Shown: positions 18,492 through 27,262 of the stretch, piece by piece
Position numbering within the stretch: position 1 is the stretch's first letter
Layout of the letters: every line of letters starts with the position of its first letter
Origin: a candidate division FCPU426 bacterium
GTDB taxonomy: Bacteria; Oederibacteriota; Muellerivitia; Muellerivitales; Muellerivitaceae
Direction of reading: 5' to 3'
DNA length: 37,570 bases
Assembly (NCBI GenBank): GCA_963830915.1
Contig: CAWHOE010000023.1
Location: 1-37,570, forward strand
Made by a program: the position numbers and the translations under genes
The notes under the pieces: generated by a model
The model's database searches: none
What the model saw: the letters and a program-made list of their open reading frames with translations, nothing else
What the model was told of the DNA's origin: nothing

Positions 18492-18821
18492 ATGAAAAAG
18501 TTCATCGCGGTTTTGACTTTGGTTCTGTTCGTGAGCGGTGTGGGTTTGGCGATGGCGCAGGACGCTAATGGGAACAATCCCAAGATGAGTCCCAAGAATC
18601 GTTTGGAACGCCAGAAGGGGCGTATTGAAATGGGCAAGGCCAATGGAAAGATCAGCAAGAAAGAATCCAGGCAATTGGCCCGTTCGGGGAAAAGGATCAA
18701 CAAGCAGCGCAAGGCTGATTTGGCCAAGGACGGCGGGAAATTGGACAAGCAGGACCGCAAGCAATTAGAGAAGGAAGAGAACAAGCGCTCGGATACCATT
18801 TATAACGACAAGCACAACTAA
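18492..18821 (+). CDS. Small exported basic helical protein
   Basis: Signal peptide MKKFIAVL...AMA. Repeated RLERQKGRI..G...GKISKKE..QL pattern ending IYNDKHN. Confidence 0.75.
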   Translation: MKKFIAVLTLVLFVSGVGLAMAQDANGNNPKMSPKNRLERQKGRIEMGKANGKISKKESRQLARSGKRINKQRKADLAKDGGKLDKQDRKQLEKEENKRSDTIYNDKHN

Positions 18822-18835
18822 GGTTTAGTTATCAG

Positions 18836-18869
18836 AAAGGGACGGGACGAAAGTCCCGTCCCTTTTTTT
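18836..18869. terminator. Intrinsic terminator
   Basis: AAAGGGACGGGAC-GAAA-GTCCCGTCCCTTT plus T-run, between convergent genes. Confidence 0.9.
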
Positions 18870-18883
18870 ATGCCCAAAAGAGT

Positions 18884-19123
18884 TTAAATACCCAGAGCCT
18901 CTGCGACCTGGGCGAAACGGGGATTGATCAGTATCTTGCCATCGATCTCCACCGTTGGGATGACCCTCTTGCCGTTGGTATAACCCATCATGGTCTTATA
19001 ATCGGCGTCGTTCTGCTCGATATCCCTTTCCTCGTAGGCGATTTTTCGCTCTTGTAACTCGGCTTTCAAACGGCGGCAGTCGCCGCACCAGGAAGTGGTA
19101 TAAACGATCACTTTTTTAGCCAT
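18884..19123 (-). CDS. Glutaredoxin-like protein (NrdH/mycoredoxin type)
   Basis: VYTTSWCGDC, GKRVIPTV, INP. AAAGGTG SD. Confidence 0.88.
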   Translation of the reverse strand: MAKKVIVYTTSWCGDCRRLKAELQERKIAYEERDIEQNDADYKTMMGYTNGKRVIPTVEIDGKILINPRFAQVAEALGI

Positions 19124-19236
19124 TGGACACCTTTGGTTGAGAAATTAGTTAAACCTAAATCCGGCAGTTGAGACCTTAGAATCCGTAAAAGCTTTTTTCT
19201 CACATGGGAATTTAACTTCCTCGCGATTCATCCAAA

Positions 19237-19313
19237 GTTAAACCCCCATTTTGGGTTTTATCATTGTTTTTCTTGGTGCCCTTGGTGCCTTGGTGGTTCA
19301 ATCGCCGTTTTTT
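19237..19313 (-). repeat. ACCACCAAGGCACCAAGGGCACCAAG-type repeat, intact copy
   Basis: Reverse complement aligns over ~75 bp with 23691-23847 once the insert there is removed. Confidence 0.75.
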
Positions 19314-19442
19314 AGTTAATTCATCTTCGGACCTTTAACCGCTGGTTTCAAGGGACGTCCTGGGTGTCTTGTTTTTTATAGAGATCCTCCGATATAAAGG
19401 ACGCCGGGTATAAATAGCAGATATGAAAAAAAGGGGGAAAAA

Positions 19443-20219
19443 ATGGGGAAATGGCTTTTATCTTCACTAGCGGTTTTGGGTTTGATAAGCCCGGCTTTCG
19501 CCGGATTGAAGACACAAACGGTCGAATACAAGGAAGGTAACACTGTCTTGGAAGGCTATCTGGCCTATGACGATTCCTTCCAGGGTAAGCGTCCTGGCGT
19601 CTTGGTGGTGCATGAGTGGACGGGGCTGGGCAATTACGCCAAATCCCGGGCGGATAAATTGGCTCAACTGGGCTATGTGGCTTTCGCGGCCGACATCTAC
19701 GGCAAGGGAGTGCGTCCCACCGCGGTGGAGGATTGTATGAAGACCTCCGGGATCTATTACAAGGACCGTGGGTTGTTCCGCAAAAGGGTGAACGCTGGGT
19801 TGGCGCAGTTGTCCAGTAATGAATTGGTCGATACCTCCCGCCTGGCGGCCATCGGTTATTGTTTCGGTGGTACGGCGGTGCTGGAACTGGCCCGCAGCGG
19901 CGCGCCGGTAAAAGGCGTGGTCAGCTTCCATGGCGGTCTGGAATCACCCACTCCAGCGGACGCTAAGAACATCAAGGGCAAGGTGCTGGTCTGCCAGGGC
20001 GGCGCGGATACTTTCACCCTTTCCCAAGTGCCTGGCTTTGAGAAGGAAATGAAGGACGCGGGGGTAGATTACAAGATCATCACCTACGAGGGGGCCCAAC
20101 ATAGCTTTACCAACCCGGAGGCCAAGGGGCAATTGAAGGGGGCGCTTTATAACGAAAAGGCGGACAAGGGGTCCTGGAAGGCCATGAAGGCTTTCTTTGA
20201 GACGATCTTCAAGCCTTAG
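19443..20219 (+). CDS. Dienelactone hydrolase family protein, exported
   Basis: Signal peptide. PGVLVVHEWTG, GYCFGG nucleophile elbow, SFHG, HSFTNP. Confidence 0.92.
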   Translation: MGKWLLSSLAVLGLISPAFAGLKTQTVEYKEGNTVLEGYLAYDDSFQGKRPGVLVVHEWTGLGNYAKSRADKLAQLGYVAFAADIYGKGVRPTAVEDCMKTSGIYYKDRGLFRKRVNAGLAQLSSNELVDTSRLAAIGYCFGGTAVLELARSGAPVKGVVSFHGGLESPTPADAKNIKGKVLVCQGGADTFTLSQVPGFEKEMKDAGVDYKIITYEGAQHSFTNPEAKGQLKGALYNEKADKGSWKAMKAFFETIFKP

Positions 20220-20291
20220 TAGATAGAAAGGTCTGGTGCGGCCTGACACTACCAGCCTTTCATGGAGCTCAGGGCCGGCCGGCGGAAAGAC

Positions 20292-20438
20292 CCTGGCCGG
20301 TGCCTGGTCTGTGGCTGACCGGGGGCTTGTTAAGCCTGGCCGGTGCCCGGTCTGTGGCTGACCGGGGGCCTGTTAAGCCTGGCCGGTGCCCGGTCTGTGG
20401 CTGACCGGGGGCATGTTAAGCCTGACCGGTGCCCGGTC
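20292..20438. repeat. 43-bp tandem repeat, 3.4 copies, each with an internal hairpin
   Basis: Unit CCTGGCCGGTGCCYGGTCTGTGGCTGACCGGGGGCHTGTTAAG at 20292, 20335 and 20378, partial at 20421. Stem CCYGGTC/GACCGGG. Confidence 0.9.
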
Positions 20439-20454
20439 GAAGGCCGACTAAAGG

Positions 20455-20482
20455 CAGTCGACAGTCGACAGCTGACAGCTAA
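20455..20482. repeat. Heptamer tandem (CAGTCGA-like) x4
   Basis: CAGTCGA CAGTCGA CAGCTGA CAGCTAA. Confidence 0.7.
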
Positions 20483-20547
20483 AACCGAGAGACGGCAGCC
20501 CTTTGTCGGGTTCGCTGGGGACATCCGGATAAGCACCGGCGACCCCT

Positions 20548-21603
20548 TCACGGCCTTCTCAAGAACCACCCGCGGAGCTTGTTCTGGGCGCTGGCGAAAG
20601 GCAGTTCCGCCAGGGCCTTGGCTTGGACCCAACGATAGGAAGCCCCCAGCCCCCTCTTCGGCGGGAGGGCCGGGTATAGGCGCAGTTCGATCTTGTGGTT
20701 CGTGATCTGGTGTTTGACCTGTTGGACCGCCGTTTTTTCCGCTTTGACCCCCAAGGCCTTTTCCAGCTTATTCCTGGCGTCCTCGAAATCCGTTCCTTCC
20801 GAACTGGGGAATTCCCAGAGACCCTTCAGCCAACGCTCTTCATTCGACCTTTTCTTGACCAGAACCTTTCCTTGTTTGAGGATCAAAAGGGCCGCCATGG
20901 GAACATCCTTGGTTTTAGGGTCCTTGAGGCTTTCGGGAAGCTCCAGTTGGACCCCTTTTATAGCGGCCTGGCATTGATCCAAGAGAGGGCAAAGGAGGCA
21001 TTGGGGATCATCAGAAACACAAAGGGTGGCGCCCAATTCCATAAGGGCCTGGTTGAAGTCGCCCGGGCGTTTGGCGGGCAGAACCTGACGGGCCAGGTCC
21101 CAAACCTTCTTGTTGCCAGGGCCGGATTTCAGGTCGCCCCTCAAAAGGAAGACCCGTGAAAAGACCCGAATGACATTGCCATCCACCAGGGGAAGGGGCT
21201 TTTGATAGGCGATGGAAAGCACAGCCCCAGCGCTATAGGGGCCCACGCCAGGTAGTTTCAGGACGTCCTCTAGGGTGTCGGGTAAGTTGCCTCCGAAATC
21301 CTTCAGGACCATTTGGGCCGCGGCCTTGAGGTTTCGGGCCCGGCGGTAATAGCCCAGGCCTTCCCAAAGTTTCAATACCTTTTGCTCATCGGCCCTGGCC
21401 AGGGCTTTCCAGTTCGGAAGCTCCTTTAAGAAACGCTCATAGTAAGGAATGACCGTCTTGACCTGGGTCTGCTGAAGCATCATTTCCGAAACGAAGATGG
21501 CGTAAGGGTCTTGAGTCTTCCGCCAGGGAAGGTCCCTTTTGTTGCGGTCGTACCAACCTAACAGCGCTTTTTGGAACGAAGCTGGATGGATTTCCTTTTT
21601 CAT
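20548..21603 (-). CDS. mutY: A/G-specific adenine glycosylase
   Basis: RDLPWR, VSEMMLQQTQV, WEGLGYYRRARNL, LPGVGPY, VDGNV.RV, FNQALMELGA..C, 4Fe-4S Cys cluster, GLWEFP. Confidence 0.95.
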   Translation of the reverse strand: MKKEIHPASFQKALLGWYDRNKRDLPWRKTQDPYAIFVSEMMLQQTQVKTVIPYYERFLKELPNWKALARADEQKVLKLWEGLGYYRRARNLKAAAQMVLKDFGGNLPDTLEDVLKLPGVGPYSAGAVLSIAYQKPLPLVDGNVIRVFSRVFLLRGDLKSGPGNKKVWDLARQVLPAKRPGDFNQALMELGATLCVSDDPQCLLCPLLDQCQAAIKGVQLELPESLKDPKTKDVPMAALLILKQGKVLVKKRSNEERWLKGLWEFPSSEGTDFEDARNKLEKALGVKAEKTAVQQVKHQITNHKIELRLYPALPPKRGLGASYRWVQAKALAELPFASAQNKLRGWFLRRP

Positions 21604-21634
21604 TTTAATTCACACCTATCCGAAATAAAAATTT

Positions 21635-21721
21635 GCCACAGATTCATGGGATTCATGAGATTTCAAAATCTAAAATTTTTTCCGTTTTTTGCCTATCCCA
21701 TACATCCCATGAATCTGTGGC
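21635..21721. repeat. Palindromic GCCACAGATTCATGGGAT...ATCCCATGAATCTGTGGC element, intact copy
   Basis: Perfect 18-bp terminal inverted repeat around an AT-rich centre. Confidence 0.85.
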
Positions 21722-21834
21722 TGATTTAGGCCTTAGCCGTGTCTTTTTTTAAACCAAAAATCTATTGTTTTGATCATCTTTGGCTTTGGGATTGCACCTT
21801 TCTTGGACAGTAGTGGAGGAACTTGCGATCGATC

Positions 21835-23589
21835 TTAAACGAGCGGGGTGATCTCGAAGGTGGCCAAAGAATCCATGGAGCCCTTGACCGCGATGGGTTT
21901 GAGGCTGGAGGCCTTCACTTTTTCCTTCACCTTGCGGTAGGTCTCCTCGGTGATGACGATCTGACCGGGAGCGGACATGGCGCAAAGGCGGGAGGTCACG
22001 TGCAGGCCGTCCCCGATGACGCTGTAATCCATACGCTTGTCCGAGCCCAAATTGCCGGAGATCATTTGGGCCGTGTGGATGCCAATGCCGATGGTGAAGG
22101 GGGGGTGATTCTGCTGGATACGGGAGATATTGAACGCTTTCAGGGCTTCCTGGACCTCCAGGGCGCATTGGACGGCCCGCCATTCCTTGTCCTCGTGGGT
22201 GAAGGGAGCTCCCCAGACCGCGATTGCGGTCTCACCGATGAACTTGTCCAACATTCCCTCGTGCCGGAACACGGCCTCATTGATGATATTGAAATACTGG
22301 TTCAGGGCGTCGACCAGGACCTGGGGGGCCATGTTCTCACTGATGGTATTGAAACCCTTCAGGTCGGCCTGGAGCAGGGTGCATTCCCGTTTCTCGCCCT
22401 TCAGGACGAAATAATCCTTCTCGGAGAGGATCTTGCGGGCGGCTAAGGGGTCCACCACCTTGCCGAGGATGAGGGAGATCTTCTCCTTTTCCCGCAGGGC
22501 CTCCACCATTCGCTGGAGGGAGTTGCCCATCCGCCCCCATTCGCTAACCGGGTCGGTGGGGAAGTTGGTGTTCAGGTTCCCTTTTTGGACGGCCTCAACG
22601 GCGGTCACCATCCGAGGGATAGGCAGCAGGTAATACCAGCAAAACCCCAGGGTCCCGGCCAGGGAAAGCAAAAGCAAGAATAGGCCCCAGCCCAGGATGG
22701 ACCTTTGGGGTTTACCCTCGATGGAGAGGACCTGTTTGATGGGCTGGAAAAGGACAATCGCGCCGATGGGTTTCAGGTCGATGTCCCAGAGGGGAAGTCC
22801 ATCCACCAGATAATCCTGTTTGTTCCAGGAAAGGGTCGGCCTTTTCTCGGGATGGCCCACTAGGTCAGAGATCTTGCTGTAATCGAATGGGGGAGCAGGC
22901 AGGGCGCCGGTGCACCAGGTTTGGGATTGGGAGTAAAAGGCCAAGTCGTTCACGGCGTCTATTTTCAGGCCCTGGAAATATTCCTTGTCCAATTTGCCGC
23001 CGACCAGGATGACCCCCAGGGTCTTGTCGTTGGAAATGATGGGGACCAGGGAGACCTGATAAAGGGCGCCATGGTAGGGGAGGATGCCCCCGTCAACCGA
23101 ACCGGCGAGGGCCCTTTGCATGCCGGGCCAATCCTTGAGAGATGGGAGAAGGATCGCTGGTTTACCCGGCTTTCTTTTCTTGGCCTGGGGCGTAGGGAGA
23201 GGGGAAGGAGTGGGCACAGGAAGATTCAGGTTATTGAAAAGAACATCGCCTTTTTTGTCCGTCAAGGCGAAGAAGGGGGCTTTGGCCGCGTCCAAGAATT
23301 CTCCGCAAAGGGTCGTGACCGACTGGGAGGAAGAGGGGTATTTCACCAGGGCTTTTTTCAGGCTGTCCTTGCCGGAAAATTTCACGGCACGGAAATAGAA
23401 GCCGTTGACCCAGCGGTTATGGGCCCCGGACAAGCCTGAAAGGCTCTGGGACAGGCTGGTCTGGGGGTCGTTGGCGACGGTTGATTTGATGTGGTGGTTC
23501 AGGATGGAAAGGGAAATCCACAGTAAAAGGATCAAGGGGAGAAGGGCGGTCGAGAACGCCAATAAGGGAAATAGGGGTATCTTCTTCAT
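21835..23589 (-). CDS. Membrane-bound class III adenylate/guanylate cyclase-like protein (periplasmic Cache-like sensor, HAMP, cyclase) with atypical active site
   Basis: Two TM segments, HAMP (AVQKGNL...EWGRMG). Cyclase motifs QADLKGF, DKFIGE, GIGIHT, DYSVIGDGLHVTSRL. Confidence 0.85.
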   Translation of the reverse strand: MKKIPLFPLLAFSTALLPLILLLWISLSILNHHIKSTVANDPQTSLSQSLSGLSGAHNRWVNGFYFRAVKFSGKDSLKKALVKYPSSSQSVTTLCGEFLDAAKAPFFALTDKKGDVLFNNLNLPVPTPSPLPTPQAKKRKPGKPAILLPSLKDWPGMQRALAGSVDGGILPYHGALYQVSLVPIISNDKTLGVILVGGKLDKEYFQGLKIDAVNDLAFYSQSQTWCTGALPAPPFDYSKISDLVGHPEKRPTLSWNKQDYLVDGLPLWDIDLKPIGAIVLFQPIKQVLSIEGKPQRSILGWGLFLLLLSLAGTLGFCWYYLLPIPRMVTAVEAVQKGNLNTNFPTDPVSEWGRMGNSLQRMVEALREKEKISLILGKVVDPLAARKILSEKDYFVLKGEKRECTLLQADLKGFNTISENMAPQVLVDALNQYFNIINEAVFRHEGMLDKFIGETAIAVWGAPFTHEDKEWRAVQCALEVQEALKAFNISRIQQNHPPFTIGIGIHTAQMISGNLGSDKRMDYSVIGDGLHVTSRLCAMSAPGQIVITEETYRKVKEKVKASSLKPIAVKGSMDSLATFEITPLV

Positions 23590-23690
23590 GCGACAGGAGC
23601 CTCTTTGGGGTTTATCTTTCGAACAAGCAGGGACAGGTTACACCAGATTGACATTCCTGAAAAGCCAAAGGGAACGAAGGCTTTCATCCC

Positions 23691-23847
23691 AAAAAACGGC
23701 AATTGAACCACCATGCCGACAATCCATAAACCATTTATGAGGTCGGTATCGTACCGATTTCCAATAACTATTAATAATTGGATAATCGGCACAAGGGCAC
23801 CAAGGGCACCAAGAAAAACAAAGACAAAAACCAAAATAGTGGTTAAC
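23691..23847 (+). repeat. ACCACCAAGGGCACCAAG-type repeat interrupted by a 79-bp insert
   Basis: AAAAACGGCAATTGAACCACCA [insert] AAGGGCACCAAGGGCACCAAGAAAAACAA... matches the reverse complement of 19237-19313. Confidence 0.75.
23714..23792. mobile_element. 79-bp MITE-like insert, copy 2
   Basis: TGCCGA...TCGGCA terminal inverted repeat and central GGTCGGTATCGTACCGATTT. Homologous to 11829-11908. Confidence 0.7.
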
Positions 23848-23955
23848 CCAAAAGGCAAACTACTGCGAAGTTGGAAAGTAATTACGTAAGACGTTCGGCT
23901 AATTTTAAAACTTCAACTGCTGAGTATCATGTCTGTCCGAAAAGTGCATTTTACT

Positions 23956-24060
23956 GATGGTTGTTCCCCCTTTGAAAAAGGGGGGGAGGGGGTATTAGTC
24001 GTTGTTTGGAGCAGTGTAGCAATGCTAACTCCCCCTTGTTCCCCCTCTTTCAGAGGGGGA
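23956..24060. repeat. REP-like double-hairpin element, copy B
   Basis: GATGGTTGTTCCCCCTTTGAAAAAGGGGGGGAGGGGGTATTAGTCGTT...CTAACTCCCCCTTGTTCCCCCTCTTTCAGAGGGGGA, matching 16861-16965. Confidence 0.8.
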
Positions 24061-24133
24061 GACGGTGTGACCGGCGAATCAACAAAATTCCAATTTAAGG
24101 CGCGTTTTGCGAATAAGTCTACCGAATTTAGGC

Positions 24134-26110
24134 TTATTCATACCTCAAAGCCATAATGGGGCTTAGGCGGGAGGCTTTGTAGGCCGGCCATATGCCGAAG
24201 ACAATCCCCACGACCGCGGAAAAGAGGGAGGCCAAGACCACGGAGACAACGGTCACGATAGTCGCCCAGCCAGCAAAATAGCCGATCAGTATGGTGGACA
24301 GCCAGCCGGTCGCGATCCCGAAGAGACCTCCGGTAAAACTGATGGCGACAGACTCGATCAGGAATTGGGAAAGGATATCGAAACGGCGCGCTCCCAGGGC
24401 TTTCCTGAGGCCGATCTCCCTGGTACGCTCGGTCACCGAGACCAGCATGATGTTCATGATGCCGATGCCTCCGACCAGGAGAGAGATGGCGGCGATGCAG
24501 GATAAAAGTATGGTCATGATCTGGGTGGAGGCGCTCAGGGTGGCCTGGATATCGGCCAAATTACGGACCTGGAAAGCGTCCTGGTTAGTGGGAAGATTGG
24601 GGATGTGCTTCAATTTCATCATGAAGGCCTTGACCGCGTCGGCGGCCGCGCCCGTATCCTGCGGCGAATCGGCTTCCACATCCACCATGTTGACATATTC
24701 CTTGCCGAAAAGACGGTACATAGCGGTCGTGACCGGGACCACGATGGCGTCATCCTGGTCCTGGAACCCGTTAGCGCCCTTCACCGGGAGGACCCCGATG
24801 ACCTGGAAATTCACCCGGTTGATCTTGATCTCCTCGCCGATGGGGTTTCCGTTGTTCCCGAAAAGGTTCTTGATGACGGTAAGGCCGAGAAGGCAGACCC
24901 GGTTGCGTTTCTTGACGTCGTCATCGGTGAAAAATCGTCCGTAAATGGGTTGGGCGGCCCTCATGGAAGCGTAATTGGGGGTTGTGCCGGTGACCTGGGT
25001 ATTCCAGTTCTTGTCCGCGTAGGTGGCCTGTACCCGCCCATTGATCTCGGGGGCTATCTTTTTAACCATGGGCACTTTAGCGATGGCGTCTGCGTCCATC
25101 AGGGTGATACGGCTGGTCGCGCCAAGGCCTTGTTGGACCCCGCCGACCGCCACCGAGCCTGGCCTGACCATCAATAGGTTGGTCCCCAAGGAAGCCAATT
25201 GTTTTTCCAGGGATTTTTGAGCTCCCGTGCCGACCGCCAGCATGGCAATGACAGCCGCAACCCCGATCCAGATACCTAATACAGAGAGAAAGGAGCGAAC
25301 CTTGTTGGCCATGAGAGACCGGAAAGCCTGCCGGAAATAATCCCGGACCTGTTTGAAGTTAAAAGTTGAGTGATTGGTAGACAACCCCTTGGAATCAGGC
25401 ATTTTGACCGATTTTGGGGGACGGACCTTGGACCTGGGATTGGACCGATCGGAAAGGACCTTGCCGTCCTTCATGGTGATGATACGCCTGGCGTGGGCAG
25501 CGATATCGGGCTCGTGGGTGACCAGGACGATGGTGATGCCGCTCTCGTTCATCTTGCCCAGGAAATCGATGATCTCCTCGGAGCTTTTGGAATCCAGATT
25601 TCCGGTCGGTTCGTCCGCGAGGATGACCTTGGGTTGGTTGCTCAAGGCCCGGGCGATGGCCACCCTTTGCTGCTGGCCCCCGGAAAGTTCGTTGGGTTTA
25701 TGGTGCAAGCGCTCGCCCAGACCCACCATTTGTAAGAGTTTTTTAGGGTCCCCGTGAGGGGCGTTGGGGTCTGAGTAAAGAAGGGGAAGGGCGACTTGGT
25801 CCAAAGAAGAGGTGCGGGCCAGAAGATTGAACATCTGGAAAATGAATCCCAGGGTTTGACTTCGGACGGCGGCTAATTGATCCTCTTTGAGGGAAGAAAC
25901 TTCCTTCCCCAGAAGCTTGTAGGAACCTTTGTCCGGCGTGTCGAGAAGTCCCAGGATCTGGAGCATGGTGGACTTGCCCGAACCGGAGGCGCCCATGATG
26001 GCCACGAACTCGCCCGGATCGATCTTGAGGGAAACGCCGTTCAAGGCGCGCACCTCAGTATCGCCCATCTTGTAGATCTTGTAGATGTCCTTCAGCTCGA
26101 TGATATGCAA
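24134..26110 (-). CDS. macB: MacB-family ABC transporter, fused ATPase/permease
   Basis: GASGSGKST, LSGGQQQRVAIARAL, ILADEPTGNLD, GGIGIMNIMLVSVTERTREIG. TTG start. Confidence 0.92.
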   Translation of the reverse strand: MHIIELKDIYKIYKMGDTEVRALNGVSLKIDPGEFVAIMGASGSGKSTMLQILGLLDTPDKGSYKLLGKEVSSLKEDQLAAVRSQTLGFIFQMFNLLARTSSLDQVALPLLYSDPNAPHGDPKKLLQMVGLGERLHHKPNELSGGQQQRVAIARALSNQPKVILADEPTGNLDSKSSEEIIDFLGKMNESGITIVLVTHEPDIAAHARRIITMKDGKVLSDRSNPRSKVRPPKSVKMPDSKGLSTNHSTFNFKQVRDYFRQAFRSLMANKVRSFLSVLGIWIGVAAVIAMLAVGTGAQKSLEKQLASLGTNLLMVRPGSVAVGGVQQGLGATSRITLMDADAIAKVPMVKKIAPEINGRVQATYADKNWNTQVTGTTPNYASMRAAQPIYGRFFTDDDVKKRNRVCLLGLTVIKNLFGNNGNPIGEEIKINRVNFQVIGVLPVKGANGFQDQDDAIVVPVTTAMYRLFGKEYVNMVDVEADSPQDTGAAADAVKAFMMKLKHIPNLPTNQDAFQVRNLADIQATLSASTQIMTILLSCIAAISLLVGGIGIMNIMLVSVTERTREIGLRKALGARRFDILSQFLIESVAISFTGGLFGIATGWLSTILIGYFAGWATIVTVVSVVLASLFSAVVGIVFGIWPAYKASRLSPIMALRYE

Positions 26111-26130
26111 ATCAACCCCCGGGAAATTCT

Positions 26131-26202
26131 CGGCTCACAGTTCACGGTCGACAGGAAAGTTTCCAAAAAGAAGGCCATTAACGGCTAACTGGCAACCGTT
26201 AG
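26131..26202. repeat. Degenerate inverted heptamer-repeat element between macA and macB
   Basis: CGGCTCA CAGTTCA CGGTCGA CAGG ... CCATTAA CGGCTAA CTGGCAA CCGTTAG. Confidence 0.5.
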
Positions 26203-26206
26203 TTGG

Positions 26207-27262
26207 TTAATGTCCGCCTCCGCCGCCACCCGCTGGGCGGGCGCCACCCGCGCCGCCAGTGGGACGGCCCGGCATGAAGGGATTACTGCCGGTGTTTTGC
26301 GAGGCTAATTGGCCCGCGGAGAAGGACTTGATCAGTACCTTGTCGCCTTCACTCAAGCCTGACACCACTTCGACCTGTTTGCCATCGGTCAGGCCCGTTT
26401 GAACGACTACTGTCTGCGGGCCGCTATTGGCTTTGCCGCCGCCTTTCAAGACGTAGGACTGTCCGTCAGGGGTTTGTTGGAGGGCTTCCGAAGGGATCAA
26501 CAGGATGTCATCCTTCTCGTTCACGGTGAAAACCACATTGGCGGTCATACCGCTTCGCATGAAGGTAGGGAGTTTTTCGGGCCAGACATCCACTTCATAG
26601 GTGGTGACGTTGTTCACCAGGGTGGATTGATAGGATATCCGGCGGACTTTTCCATCGACCGGTTGATCGGGATAAGCGTCGAGGGTGATGGAGGCTTCCT
26701 GGTTCATCTTGATCTGGGCCAGGTCGGTCTCATCCACCTGGGTATTCACGATGAGATGGTCGGACATGACCATGAGTTCGGTCGAGCTGTTGACGATCTG
26801 TCCCGGAACGGTCGGCAGGTAGACGATCTGGCCGGTTTCGGGTGAGAGAAGGGGGGTTTCCTCATATAGTTGCTGCCAATGGGCCAGGACGGTCGGCCCC
26901 TGGGCCGCAGCCTCATCCAGCAAGGTCGCTCTTTCACTTGAGCTCAAGTCCATTAATTTTTGACCTTTTTTGACCCAATCGCCTTCCCGCACCAGGATCT
27001 TCTCGATGCGGCCAGAAATGGGGGGATAGACCACGAGTTGGTTATTGGGCTGGACGTTTCCAGTGGCCAGGACTGTTATCTGGAGGTCGTCCTTGACGAC
27101 GGGGACAGCCCGGAAGCCGCCGGCTTGACCTTTTTTGCCCGCCGAACATCCGGACAAGAGGATCATGGTCACGGCCAGGATCGCCAAATGAGCGATCCGC
27201 TCGCGACGCGAGTTGTTTGGACCTATGGATTGTAATCTGTGGTTTGTGGACTTCCTCTTCAT
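26207..27262 (-). CDS. MacA-like periplasmic adaptor (membrane fusion protein), probable lipoprotein
   Basis: LLSGC lipobox, ATGNVQP, VREGDWVKKGQ, VDETDL, RSGMTANV, GLSEGD. Confidence 0.9.
   Translation of the reverse strand: MKRKSTNHRLQSIGPNNSRRERIAHLAILAVTMILLSGCSAGKKGQAGGFRAVPVVKDDLQITVLATGNVQPNNQLVVYPPISGRIEKILVREGDWVKKGQKLMDLSSSERATLLDEAAAQGPTVLAHWQQLYEETPLLSPETGQIVYLPTVPGQIVNSSTELMVMSDHLIVNTQVDETDLAQIKMNQEASITLDAYPDQPVDGKVRRISYQSTLVNNVTTYEVDVWPEKLPTFMRSGMTANVVFTVNEKDDILLIPSEALQQTPDGQSYVLKGGGKANSGPQTVVVQTGLTDGKQVEVVSGLSEGDKVLIKSFSAGQLASQNTGSNPFMPGRPTGGAGGARPAGGGGGGH

Noticed and set aside
20292..20438. CRISPR array
   Set aside because: Units are contiguous with no unique spacers, and there are no cas genes in the window.
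23586..24156. ORFs 23586-23858 and 23929-24156
   Set aside because: They are translations of intergenic repeat elements with no protein-family features.
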